From positions 75,983,214 to 76,047,213 of the forward strand of contig NC_068982.1 of the NCBI RefSeq assembly GCF_001194135.2: 64,000 bases of DNA. The letters are read 5' to 3'. The notes beneath the pieces are model-generated. The model saw nothing but the letters and a program-made list of their open reading frames with translations. It searched no databases and was not told the origin of the DNA. This DNA comes from Octopus bimaculoides (Eukaryota). Each line of letters begins with the position of its first letter. Positions within the stretch are counted from its first letter, which is position 1. Below are positions 48,593 through 62,214 of the stretch, piece after piece. The position numbers and the translations under genes are program-made.

Positions 48593-48857
48593 TCTCGGAA
48601 CATGACCTTCGTATATTCCGAAGTATATTATGGACTGTATATTTAATTAAAATGTACATGTCTGAATAGCTCAAGAGCAGGTTGTATACTCAGTTAGGTT
48701 CAATTAATGGTATAAGTTACATAAAGTTCATTCTGCCAGTACTCCTGTACCAAGGTTGGAATTCATCTATATTTGTGGTGTGTGCATTTTATTCCGACCT
48801 AACCAGGTGCCTCAACTTTAAGTACCTTATTCAACTAATCTTGTTACATATATACAT

Positions 48858-48900
<43 letters not shown>

Positions 48901-49503
48901 CACACACACACATATATATATATACATATATATACACATACATACATACATACATGCATACATACATACATACATACATACACACACACNNNNNNNNNNN
49001 NNNNNNNNNNNNNNNNNNNNNNNNNNNNNNNNNNNNNNNNNNNNNNNNNNNNNNNNNNNNNNNNNNNNNNNNNNNNNNNNNNNNNNNNNNNNNNNNNNNN
49101 NNNNNNNNNNNNNNNNNNNNNNNNNNNNNNNNNNNNNNNNNNNNNNNNNNNNNNNNNNNNNNNNNNNNNNNNNNNNNNNNNNNNNNNNNNNNNNNNNNNN
49201 NNNNNNNNNNNNNNNNNCTTTCGTTACGTAAGTAAAACGTTAATGTTCGAAACTGCAATCCATAGATAATTCTTTATTATGTATATTTCTCATTTTGTCC
49301 TGTTCTGGCGTTTTGCGAAATTTTTTCTGGAGAACATTATTTTTCTTTGGGGCTGGGTCGTTGATGACGTCTTTCTAGCATATTGGATGTCCACCTAGTG
49401 GTCATCCCTTATACACGTGTAATACAATTTTTTCTGAATTTTCAGATTTTTTTATATGCTAGGCCACTTGGTTTTAAATTGAATTAATATTCAATTTATC
49501 ACC

Positions 49504-49539
<36 letters not shown>

Positions 49540-49540
49540 A

Positions 49541-49572
<32 letters not shown>

Positions 49573-49574
<2 letters not shown>

Positions 49575-52500
49575 GTAGAAATATAAAAATATATAAAAGG
49601 AACAAAAATACTGGAGATTCAGTATACACCACGTGGCAAAATTATGAGTTGAAAATATGTGGACAACATATATAAAAAGTGGAAGAGAAATGCCTTCGTT
49701 TCACATAGTTTAATATCTTTTTATAAAGAATTAAAAAAAATATATACATAAAATATATACACGGCGGTGCATCAGCATGGCCGCAGCTCTAAACTGAAAC
49801 TATAAACAACAAATAAACAACAAATAAACAACAAATATCTTATGGATGTAGTGATATCCGACGGTTTTCGCTATTTAAATTAGCTTTTCAAGGCACATTG
49901 TGAAGTAATTAATTCTTGTGACAAAGGGATCTCGCCATTTTGGATGCTTGAAAAATAAGAATGAGTTTAGAAAGTGGACCAAGGGAGGTAACAGGTGGTA
50001 AGGGGGACAACTAACTCCTCAGTATAATTTTTGAAGTGGTCAAGTTTGTGTATTAAGGTGTGGTCTGTACTTTTGTACGAACAGGCTTTCCTTGTTTAGG
50101 CGTTCTTGTAAGGAGATTGAATCTTTGCATTGGTATAATGGAAAGATAGGGAAATTCGGGGTTTTATTTCTTGCGCATCTGTCGATATGTTCGCTCAGGG
50201 CTATCTGCCTGTATTGGGGAAAACGAATCTATTCTTTATGCAGAGTAACTATGCGTCTCAATGTAAGGCTCGTTTGGCCCACATAAAAAGCAGGTTAGGT
50301 ATGGGCAAGTACCACAATTAGGTCGTCTGCATTTTTTAACTGTTGGTATCGTATGTATTGAGTATAGTTTTGCATTTGTTAGGAGTCTCTTGAGTGATTT
50401 GTCTTGTCTTTTGCATTTGAAGAGTTTATGTGTATTTAGGATGTTGTTCATTTTCGGGTCTTGAGTGAGCAGAGGGAGATTTTGTATAATTGTGTTGTAT
50501 GCTTCATTATTTCTGGGGTTGATATGTATGGGAGTGATTTAAAGTGAGGTGTGGTGTTTTGTTTTGTTGTCCTTAGTGTGTTTGTGTCCAATTTCTTGGC
50601 ACGTTGAATTCCATGGTCTATAAATGCGAGTGGGTATTGACGTTCAATGAGGTCTTGTAGGCGAAGTTCCCGAGTGGTTATGTCAGATACAATTGTACAG
50701 ATCCCTTTAGCTAGATTGAATGGGATATTTATTTTGGTGTGTTTAGGATGGCATGAAATGAAAAGGAGATACTGTTTTGAGACTGTTGGTTTGTAGTAGA
50801 TGTCAGTTGCAATTTAGTTGTTGGATTTTTTAATAATCAAAATGTCCAGAAATAGGAGCTGTTCCATTGTAAATTGAATATTGGAGTTTATATTGTTCAG
50901 CGTGGATTTGAAATCCAGGAGTTTATCAAAGGTTTCATTTCAGATGATAAAACAATCGTCTAGGTACCTTTTCCAGTTTTCTCTTATATACTGGTGGAAT
51001 GGGGGTCCAAATTTTTGGAGCAAAAGTTCATATAGGGTACATTCAAAGAAACCCATTATTAGGTTCGCAAGGACAGGCGCTGCTTTTGTTCCCATCGCAA
51101 TACCACATTTTTGGCGGTAATATGTTGCATCGAATAGGAAGTAATTGTTTTGTAGGATGAACAATGACAAAGGTCTGGTTTATGCGGTCTGGGAGAACTT
51201 CAGGTATTTTTCTGAGCAGAATTTTATTGCCTCTGGGCCCGCTATAATAGGCCTTAATTTTAAGTCTTCTGGTGTTGGGATATTTATGTATAGACCCAGA
51301 TCTGATTTGCAGGCATTAGTAATTATTTGACTCTTGTGGATTTTGGGGAGACCATAGAAAAAGCTTGGTTTGCATTTAAAGTTTGTGATAAAGTCTTTTT
51401 CTTTTTCTGTTAGGCCTTTTCCGTGTTTGAGTATTAAAGATGCAAGATCTTTTAATGTTTTTTGCTGCCTATAATTTGCAACTTTTTCATGAAAGGAGTA
51501 ATTTTCTAGTATAGACAATGCTAGGTTTTTATAGCATTCTGTGTCCATCAGGATTATAACACTACCTTTGTCTGCTTCTTTGATTATCAGGTCTTTGTCG
51601 TTTTTTAGCTGTAGTAGGTGCTTCCATTGTAGGTTGTTGAAGTTAGGTACAATTTTTGGTCTATAGATAGTGTGGGGAAAATTCTGGATATGGTTGCAGA
51701 AGTCGTCTAGTGTTTTATTCCTTCCTTTGGGTGGTAGATAATTGCTTTTGTTTTTCACTAGTGATTCGCCATCGTTGTTGCAGTTGGTTAGTACTTCTGT
51801 CAATCGAAGTTTTCCACAGAATTCTGAAATTTTATCTTTAATTTCATTGGAGTTGAGTCTACGTAGGGTGGGTGTAAATTTTAAACCTTTAGCTAAAATA
51901 TGGATTTTTGTTGTGGAGAGAGTTTTCTTAGATAAGTTGATTGTTTTGGGTTTCTCCCGTAACTTCTGTTCCAACGTGTGTCCCTGTGTCTCTTTACTCT
52001 GTTGTAATTAGGTTGGAAGGGGTTCTCAGTGTTAGGGTTGTTATTGTGGGAGTATTGTTGTGTAGGTGAATTGGTTGGGATTATGTAGTGTGGGTGTTTA
52101 TGTTGGAATGAATTGTAAGGGTGTTTGGTCCTGTATTGGGCGCTTTTTGTCTGGGTGAGAGAGTTGCAATTCCGAGAGTTGAATTCCTATGTTGAGGAGT
52201 AGGTAGGATCCCCTGTCTGTTTCTAGTTGTTGGAGGGAAAGAATTGAAATAATAATTGTTATTATTCTTCTTCCTAGTCCTGGGGTGTTTCTTACTGGTG
52301 TTTGCTATTAGTGGTATTTCCTATTAATGGGGATTCCTATTGTAAGGCTGGTGGTGGTTGATTTTCCAGTGACGGGATAGTTTTGTGTGTCTGTGTTGGA
52401 GTTTGATCTGGGTGTACGATTATTGGTTTCTGTGGATGTATTTGTTTTGGATTTTTTTAAAAAGGGGTTGTTTGAGGTGTAATCGTTTTTGAAATGAGAT

Positions 52501-53356
52501 TCGTAGTTGAGAAAAAAATTGATATTGTTTTCCCACCAATGTAGTGAATAAATTTCGTCCGATTCACAGTCGTCTTTCCATCGTTTAATAACATTTTGTA
52601 GAAGTTGTTCATTGGCATGTATCGTGAGTTCTGTGATCATCTCGTCATCGATCGTTTTATATTTTTGTTCATGATTCTTAGCTCTGAGTTTAAGTAATTC
52701 AATCTCTCTTCTCAGTTTTCTAGTGTTAGTTTTCTCTGAGAGTTCATTGTTGTTCTGGTTCATCTGGGATGGGTTTGATTTGGAGTTTGCGTGGCAAGAT
52801 TAACAGTGTTGAAGTGATCCATTTTTCATATATTTGTGCCTTATTGTTATTTTTTATCACGTTCCAGAATGAGAGTTTTCTGGTGTTGAGATTTTTGGAC
52901 CAAGTGTGACTAATGCGGTTTTTAATTAAGTATGCCGAAATTGGTGTGTTTTCATTCGGGGTGGGTGATTTTTGTAGTGTATCTTTTATAGTATTGTTTG
53001 TGAAAATGTTGGTAACGGATTGGTTTAATGTAGTGCATAGTTCACTTAGATTTTGACTGACCTTCTCTGTAGATTGCTTTCTTTGAAAGTTTTCTAAGTC
53101 TTCTCGGGTTTGGTGGTATAATCCATCGATTTTGTTGGTTAGAGTGACTAAATTTGTGTTGATTTCTTTCAATTCCTTAAGGATGTCCTCGTTGGTAATT
53201 TTATCCGACGCGGTAGAATTTGTTTCGCAGGCATTTTGTGTACCACGTGAGGCAAATAGTAGAAATATAAAAATATATAAAAGGAGCAAAAATATTGGAG
53301 ATTCAGTATACACCACGTGGCAAAATTATGAGTTGAAAATTTGTGGAAAACATATA
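49573..53356 (-). mobile_element. Penelope-like retroelement (Neptune-like), ~3.8 kb, disrupted ORF, 100-bp direct terminal repeats
   Basis: Broken ORF from ~53316 to ~50040: ILAKGLKFTPT, IKEADKG, FYGLPKIHK, LRPIIAGP, YRQKCGIAMGTKAAPVLANL, WKRYLDDCF, PFLDI, CRRPNCGTC (Neptune-type Cys linker), YVGQT, KESLFVQKYRPHLN. Repeats 49573-49672 and 53257-53356 differ at 4 of 100 positions. Confidence 0.93.
49854..49898 (-). ncRNA. Minimal hammerhead-like motif (U3-A8 core) in the PLE 3' UTR
   Basis: Minus strand: ATGTGCC-TTGAAAA-GCTA-atttaaa-TAGC-GAAA-ACCG-TC-GGATAT, ~150 nt downstream of the GIY-YIG stop on the element's sense strand. Confidence 0.65.
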
Positions 53357-54069
53357 AAACATATATATAACCAATGTGTTGAAAAAAGAATGAAGAATAT
53401 AAGGAATAGATATAGAGAAATGACGGTTTGGAACCGAGTCAATGCATGTTATGGGAATAGAGAATACCACCAATTTTGTAGCCCTAGCATTGTTGTTGTT
53501 GTTGTTGTCATTTCCATTATTCTTATGGTTCGTTTCATTCGTATAATAGTTTCAAATATCAATGCGTGGCAAGTTGAATATCGTAAAGTAAGAATATGAA
53601 AAGGAGATATTTAGATAGATAACTAGATGGATGGATGGATGAATGAATAGATAGATAGATAAACCGATCCATAGATACATAGATGGATATATAGATAGAG
53701 TGATAAAGAGCGAGAAGGAGGGAGGGAAACAGAGGTAGAAGGGGAGAGAACGAGAGAAAGAGAGAGAGAGAGANNNNNNNNNNTGGAGCACCGCCTTTAG
53801 TCGAACAAATCAAGCCCAGGACTTATTCTTTGTAAGCCTAGTACTTATTCTATCGGTCTCTTTTGCCGAACCGTTATTGTTACGGGGACGTAAACACACC
53901 AACATCGGTTGTCAAGTGATAGTGGGGAGACAAACACAGACATAAACCCACACATATATATACATGCATGCATACACCTGTGTGTACGTTTATATATATA
54001 TATATATGTACACACATACACACACACACACATATATGTACATACACACAAACATATATCAATATATAC

Positions 54070-54104
<35 letters not shown>

Positions 54105-54455
54105 TGTATGTAGACAGATAAAGAGGACTATGGAAAGAAAGATAAAAGAAAACGAAATAAAAAAAAAAGGAGTCCGAATAAAGAAAGGGAAGGCCTAAAG
54201 AGTGAATAAGCTAGTAAGGAAGAAATCGGTGAAAGAGAGAGAGAGAGAGAGATTGACAATAAATGGAATTGAATATGTTGTTAGGAAAGGAATAGATACC
54301 CGAGCCAAGTTTATTGGTATAGTGACATGTTAATATATTAGGCATATATATGGTATTGCTGGTCAGGTGAGTATAGATGAGGCTAACTTTTATTAGGTAT
54401 CCGGTGTGTCGGATGGGAGCTTTTCTAATATGAATATTACCAAACGTGATTTATG

Positions 54456-54521
<66 letters not shown>

Positions 54522-55218
54522 NNNNNNNNNNNNNNNNNNNNNNNNNNNNNNNNNNNNNNNNNNNNNNNNNNNNNNNNNNNNNNNNNNNNNNNNNNNNNNN
54601 NNNNNNNNNNNNNNNNNNNNNNNNNNNNNNNNNNNNNNNNNNNNNNNNNNNNNNNNNNNNNNNNNNNNNNNNNNNNNNNNNNNNNNNNNNNNNNNNNNNN
54701 NNNNNNNNNNNNNNNNNNNNNNNNNNNNNNNNNNNNNNNNNNNNNNNNNNNNNNNNNNNNNNNNNNNNNNNNNNNNNNNNNNNNNNNNNNNNNNNNNNNN
54801 NNNNNNNNNNNNNNNNNNNNNNNNNNNNNNNNNNNNNNNNNNNNNNNNNNNNNNNNNNNNNNNNNNNNNNNNNNNNNNNNNNNNNNNNNNNNNNNNNNNN
54901 NNNNNNNNNNNNNNNNNNNNNNNNNNNNNNNNNNNNNNNNNNNNNNNNNNNNNNNNNNNNNNNNNNNNNNNNNNNNNNNNNNNNNNNNNNNNNNNNNNNN
55001 NNNNNNNNNNNNNNNNNNNNNNNNNNNNNNNNNNNNNNNNNNNNNNNNNNNNNNNNNNNNNNNNNNNNNNNNNNNNNNNNNNNNNNNNNNNNNNNNNNNN
55101 NNNNNNNNNNNNNNNNNNNNNNNNNNNNNNNNNNNNNNNNNNNNNNNNNNNNNNNNNNNNNNNNNNNNNNNNNNNNNNNNNNNNNNNNNNNNNNNNNNNN
55201 NNNNNNNNNNNNNNNNNN

Positions 55219-55278
<60 letters not shown>

Positions 55279-55432
55279 CATACACACACCCATACATACA
55301 CGCATGCATAAATACTTACATACATAGACACATACATACATGCATGCACACATACACAATATAGAATGTATGCATACATGCATAAAAATATGTATATCAA
55401 TACCCCCCCCCACACACACACACACATACATA

Positions 55433-55465
<33 letters not shown>

Positions 55466-55857
55466 TATACATACACATATATACACATACACAAACAGGT
55501 GTGAAATGGTTAGGAATGGTTGTAAGTTTAATTGAATCTTGTTGAAATATATGTAATATATGGAGCGAAATTTCCCGAAGGAGAACCAAACCTCGCATCA
55601 ACACCGTCGTTAAAACACATCGCATAATGTATGGTATCAATATTGGAACCTAAAGATGAATTCCAAGAAAGTAGTGTGTGCGTGGTGTGTGTGTATGTGT
55701 GTGTGTGTATGTTGTGTGTGTATGTGTGTGTGTGTGTGTGTGTGCATGTATTTTTTTCTGAATTACGGATCTCTTAGCGTCTGTCGGTCTATGTATGTAT
55801 ATATGTATGTATGTATGTATGTATGTGTGTATGTATGTATGTATGTATCTGTCTGTC

Positions 55858-55927
<70 letters not shown>

Positions 55928-55990
55928 CAAACATATAATACACACATACATGTCTATCTATATATGTGTGTATACCCATACATATAAGTA

Positions 55991-56042
<52 letters not shown>

Positions 56043-56230
56043 NNNNNNNNNNNNNNNNNNNNNNNNNNNNNNNNNNNNNNNNNNNNNNNNNNNNNNNNNN
56101 NNNNNNNNNNNNNNNNNNNNNNNNNNNNNNNNNNNNNNNNNNNNNNNNNNNNNNNNNNNNATATATATACCCGGACATATATGTATGTATATATTTATAT
56201 ATGTATACACATGTATATATATATATATCT

Positions 56231-56265
<35 letters not shown>

Positions 56266-56359
56266 TATATATATACACACACATACACATCTGTGTATAA
56301 TCATATATTCATACATACATATATTTTTACAAGAAATGATTGACAGTGACTTCGAAGTT

Positions 56360-56630
56360 TAGCTTCTCAACTACCTCTTTTATAGTGTATGACGTATTTT
56401 TTTATACAAACTTTAATTCCAGAATTTGACCACTAAACTTTTAGGTTTCTACGTCATCGGATTCGCATGTGTGTTGTATGTATTGTTTATGTTAACTATA
56501 GCCTTCTAGTGCTACGCCACAAATGTGAATCTGACGATGTGGAACTCTAAGTGTCAAACGGTCAAATTCTGGAGGAAATGTCTCTTTAAATATAAACTGA
56601 CTACATCAAATGGTCAGTAGAGAAGCTCAG
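56360..56630. mobile_element. Degenerate foldback MITE
   Basis: Nested inverted pairs agcttctc/gagaagct, ccagaatttgacc/ggtcaaattctgg and ttctacgtcatcggattcgcat/atgtgaatctgacgatgtggaa. Confidence 0.6.
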
Positions 56631-56794
56631 CCACTGTCCACCCCAAAGATGTGGCTGAGATAGTCTGGAGACGTTAATATAAATGAATTTGCGAAATTTA
56701 TTTTTCCAAACGAACAATGAAGATTTGATATGCAGATGCAATAATAATAATAATGATAATGATGATGATGACGATGATAATAATAATGGTGAAA

Positions 56795-56838
<44 letters not shown>

Positions 56839-56899
56839 AATGATGATGATGATGATGCTGATTTTTTTATTGGGCACAAGAGTCCAAGACATGGAGGAC

Positions 56900-57350
56900 A
56901 GTAGCTGTTGAGAAAGTGACTGAGAACTTCTTTGGGAATTTCGTATCCAAACGGATCATGTCCTAGTGCATAACAGACGAGATACCTTGGTGTTTGAGAA
57001 GAGGAAACGAATATCCTCTATGATTGATGTGACCTGTCCATTTGAGACAAGAGTAAAGCAAAATAAATCAAGACGGTTGATATATACCAGGACTTGAAGA
57101 GAGAGATAAGCAGATTGTGGGGTTGCAGAGAAAATGAGGTCGTGCCAATTGTGAGTGGAGCCTTAGGCATAATGGGGACGAGACTCAAAGAGTGAACAGA
57201 CAATTTTGGCTTGCAGTAGTACATATAATACATGCAATTGACATGAAGATAATTCGAAAGTTCTTGGATGGCTGAGGTTACAGGTGGTGATTTGTTATCC
57301 AAGAGTAAACCCACCTAAAACCAATCATAGGGGGTGAGAGACAAAAGATT
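56900..57350 (+). mobile_element. 3' end of an R4/Dong-like non-LTR element (REL endonuclease)
   Basis: FRIQTDHVLVHNRRDTLVFEK..MIDVTCPFETR..YQDLKREISRLWGC..VVPIVSGALG..IIRKFLDG*. Confidence 0.8.
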
Positions 57351-57711
57351 TTGAAATAATAAAACTAAAAAATTAAATTAGAACATAATCGTGTTTTCAT
57401 AATAATATCTACACGAAAGCTCTTCTCCAAATATACAAATATATATATATGTATGTATATTCGAGTGCGTACTTATCCAAAATGGAGATGAACACTATCC
57501 CTCAATGTGATCGGCTAGAAAAAATAGTTAAGGTATTAAGATATTTTTCTTAACATGAAACGAATGCTAGCTTCAATGTACAAATAAAGAAATTTTATCC
57601 ACCAATGTGATGTTGAGCACTCATTCTCGTTGTTCGATATTTACGTATATATGCATATGATGGACTCTCCCGTCGAAGACGACGTATGAGCGTTCGGCTT
57701 TTTCCACATGA

Positions 57712-57942
57712 TCTGCACAAATGATTTGTTTATAATGATCGAATGTATGTGCTGTATATTATCCCACTCTCTCCATCAAATCGAGGTTGTCTGAACAGGT
57801 GCACCATGTACCACGCATAAGGTGTCCGAGTGATCGCAGAGAAACGCGAAATGAAGTGCTTTGCTCAAGAACACAGCGCACCACTCGGTCTAGGAATTGA
57901 AATCACGATCTAATGATCATGAGTGCAACACCCTAACCACTA
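57712..57942 (-). mobile_element. tRNA-derived SINE, antisense
   Basis: Minus-strand head tagtggttagggtgttgcactcatgatc...gatttcaattcc; homologous to 62215-62455. Confidence 0.75.
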
Positions 57943-58149
57943 TATATATACTCACATATGTACATTTAATCATACTTACTTGCACATGCATGCACACATA
58001 AACACAGCATACTTAAATGAATATATACATACAAGCATACATAATACATGTGTACACCCTTACACGCAGGTACATACATACACATACATACATACATACA
58101 TACATACATACATGCATACATACATATGCAGACATACTTACAAGATATG

Positions 58150-58400
58150 GTCATCGGAACATCTTTCACTGAACAAATCAATATCCCACAAAACATTCTC
58201 AGAACCAGAATTCTTGCTAACATTTTGGATATTTGATTGATCTCACCAAAAAATCCGTTCCATTGACAGGACAAACCAAAAAGATACTTACTTGCAAGCG
58301 GCAATTTCCACATCAACAGCGATATCGACAGGCTCTGTCCAGAATGGAAGCCAGACGGAAGACATCATGGTTCGCTTTCAATAACTTTTGACAGCCTGAT
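58150..58400 (+). mobile_element. Internal fragment of an R4/Dong-like element
   Basis: YLLASGNFHINSDIDRL resembles the post-RT region GxFHxNSDIDRLY of R4-clade elements. Confidence 0.6.
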
Positions 58401-61400
58401 ATAATATCAGAAATATATACACTAAACATATTTATTGATGAAAGTATTTGAAAACTGGACTTGTAAAAATTATACTTCAGGCAAATTATTTGTATGGAGA
58501 CAAAATATGAGCGTTTGGACAACGAGACCAAAACAAAAAAAATGGTTTAAAACTTTGGCACGTGGCTAGCAATTTTAGAGGAAAGACTAATTTGATTACG
58601 TCATAATTAGTGCTCCAGTGAAATTTGACCTCAGGATATACAGAGACTCAGAAGAAATGCCGTTAAACATTTTGTCACACGTCCTAATGATTGCCCAGCT
58701 AGCCACCTAAAAGCCAAAATAAATGTTTCAGATTTTTGCGCAAGGCCAGCATATTTAGGGGAGGAGGTTAGTTGATTACATCAACTCCAGTGTTCAAGTG
58801 GTACTTATCGCTCTTGAAAGGATGATAGGCAAAGTCGGCCTTGGCAGAATTTGAACTTGGATCATAATGAACCAGAAGAAATGCCGCTAAGCATTCTGTC
58901 CGATGCGCTAACGACTCTGCCAGCTCACCACATTAAGACCAACATAAATAATGAGTCTATCATTTCCTGGATGTGCGCTCAATATTATTTCTTATTTTTA
59001 AAATGTAGAATTTATTCATATTATATCTGTTAAACAAATTTCAACATTGGAAATATGATTCTTTGTCACAAACCATTTCGTTTCTTGGAGGAATAATTCA
59101 AATAATAATTAAAAAAAGAAAGACAACATGCTTATCATATATACATGTATACATACATACATACATACATACATACATACATACACGTATATATATATAT
59201 ATATNNNNNNNNNNNNNNNNNNNNNNNNNNNNNNNNNNNNNNNNNNNNNNNNNNNNNNNNNNNNNNNNNNNNNNNNNNNNNNNNNNNNNNNNNNNNNNNN
59301 NNNNNNNNNNNNNNNNNNNNNNNNNNNNNNNNNNNNNNNNNNNNNNNNNNNNNNNNNNNNNNNNNNNNNNNNNNNNNNNNNNNNNNNNNNNNNNNNNNNN
59401 NNNNNNNNNNNNNNNNNNNNNNNNNNNNNNNNNNNNNNNNNNNNNNNNNNNNNNNNNNNNNNNNNNNNNNNNNNNNNNNNNNNNNNNNNNNNNNNNNNNN
59501 NNNNNNNNNNNNNNNNNNNNNNNNNNNNNNNNNNNNNNNNNNNNNNNNNNNNNNNNNNNNNNNNNNNNNNNNNNNNNNNNNNNNNNNNNNNNNNNNNNNN
59601 NNNNNNNNNNNNNNNNNNNNNNNNNNNNNNNNNNNNNNNNNNNNNNNNNNNNNNNNNNNNNNNNNNNNNNNNNNNNNNNNNNNNNNNNNNNNNNNNNNNN
59701 NNNNNNNNNNNNNNNNNNNNNNNNNNNNNNNNNNNNNNNNNNNNNNNNNNNNNNNNNNNNNNNNNNNNNNNNNNNNNNNNNNNNNNNNNNNNNNNNNNNN
59801 NNNNNNNNNNNNNNNNNNNNNNNNNNNNNNNNNNNNNNNNNNNNNNNNNNNNNNNNNNNNNNNNNNNNNNNNNNNNNNNNNNNNNNNNNNNNNNNNNNNN
59901 NNNNNNNNNNNNNNNNNNNNNNNNNNNNNNNNNNNNNNNNNNNNNNNNNNNNNNNNNNNNNNNNNNNNNNNNNNNNNNNNNNNNNNNNNNNNNNNNNNNN
60001 NNNNNNNNNNNNNNNNNNNNNNNNNNNNNNNNNNNNNNNNNNNNNNNNNNNNNNNNNNNNNNNNNNNNNNNNNNNNNNNNGAAGCCAAGAGTATATAATT
60101 CTCTCTCTTTCTCTCTCTCCACACACACACACAAACCACACAGACACACACGTCACAAGCATATATATATCGACCAACAAGCGCTCGAAAAATATCTGCA
60201 AATGTAAAACGTTTTAGTGCAATCATTTCCTTTGGAAATATACAAGACATTATCGATTTTAAACGAATTTGTACCTGAGTTGGTGGGGTATATCAGAAGA
60301 CATTTTATGACTAAGACTTAAATAAATCAAATATTTTGTCCCTAGAAAAAATGCTACTGTTGTTATTGTTATTGTTGTTTTATAGACGCAGGTCAATCTC
60401 GATCGATCAGTCCTGTCTATGTTCAAAGTCGATCCAGACGTAAACATTCTTTTACCTTCAGTGCGTTGAGAACACCACCGGCCGTTGTTCAACCTTTCAG
60501 TTTTGTGAGACAGTATGATGCGATTTGTGGAAGATTTGGTTGCTATTTTTAACAGGCCCAGCGACCCAACAAAAGCTCAGTCGCAGGCTCGACTAAACAT
60601 GTATACTATTTAGGAGATATCGATTATCAAACCGATTTGAATTTTACATCAAAAGAAAGCGAAAAGAGAATCTCATTATCCAGATGATGCAGTAATTGCA
60701 CTCCAAATATACTCTGATAATAGTGTAGGATATCGTTTCATAATAATATAATCGTTATGACACTTTCTAACGTTACCAGTTTCTTTTTACTCTGTAACAT
60801 TAATAAGTTGAGCTTTACAAAGAACAGTAATAGCTTGATTTTATTTGAATTATTCAAATTCAATTTATAGTTTTTATACGATTTTGTTCTAAACAAGGCT
60901 TGGGGCCACAGTAGCGTAATGGACTACAAAGAAGGAAAAGAAGTGCCTACAATTTCAAAAGATGTCAATTGATAGAAAGCGAAAAAGGATTGAATATTAT
61001 AGACCAAAGGAAAATAAAATGATGGTTGTGCGTTCCAGAGAGTAGCAGTTTGAAGAAAGAAACTATTTGAACAAAAGGATTTATGACTTACAGGAACCTC
61101 AATAAAGAAACGATGCGCCCGGGCAAAAAAGTGGGTGACTCATTTTATGGTCTTGATATAGAGTACCAGACCAGAAAGATTATTAGAGAATGACCTTAGA
61201 AAAATTTATAGAAAAGTCAGAGTGAAATACACTTCGACGATGAGCCAAAGACTCCAACCTAGTTGAAAGAAGAGGATCCACCATGTTGACAACGTGATTC
61301 TGAATTCAATCAAGCCAGTTAAGACATTCAGAAGAGGCAACAGTCCAAAGATGACAGTAATATTCAATGCAAAATGGTGGTCTTATTTATAATAGTGATT

Positions 61401-61811
61401 TATTCTTGTTTCAATAATCGAAAGACATATAATAACACAATAAATCATCACGTGTACGTGGAACAACGAGAATCAAAATAAATGACGTACCGATTCATTC
61501 TCAATACGTTCCGGTAGAAACGAGCAATCAATACCCTTATAGCTGTTGTATTTCGCCTTCGGAAAGCCTCTTTTCCTTTTAGACGGTGTATGCTTATAAT
61601 ACATTCAATTTATTCACGTAAGGGGATTTTGAGACGCCGTGGTATTTCAGCCTGGTTGTGTCTCTTCAGTCAAAGCCACGTCTGTATCAATAAATCTAAA
61701 CAAGAATTATGGCTCATGCAAATACAAACGTATGCATACATCTATATATACCATACATATATGCATATATATATGTACCAATATGAATATGAAAACACAT
61801 ACTCGCACACA

Positions 61812-61847
<36 letters not shown>

Positions 61848-61857
61848 CCCACGCACG

Positions 61858-61897
<40 letters not shown>

Positions 61898-62214
61898 AAC
61901 AAACACACACGCTCAGTATTGGAGACGTTTGTAATTCGAAGTATCAGTCAAGCACTGGGGTCCTTTGTATCGACTAGGCCCTTCACTTAAAATTGCTGTC
62001 TCTCTTCCAAAATTTAAAGTAATTATCAAGGCGGCAAGCTAGCTGAGTTCTGGGCTCAAATTCCACCACGGTTGACTTTGCCTTTCATCTTTTCAGGGTG
62101 AAATAAAATGAAGTACCATTTGATCACTGGACTCAATGTAATCGACTTATCCCCTTCACTGAAAATTACTGCCCTTCTGCCTAAATTTAAAATAACTAAT
62201 AACGATAATAATGA

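Noticed and set aside
54393-60250. Many 290-415 aa ORFs in the supplied track
   Set aside because: Composed almost entirely of N gaps and (CA)n/(TA)n/(CATA)n repeats.
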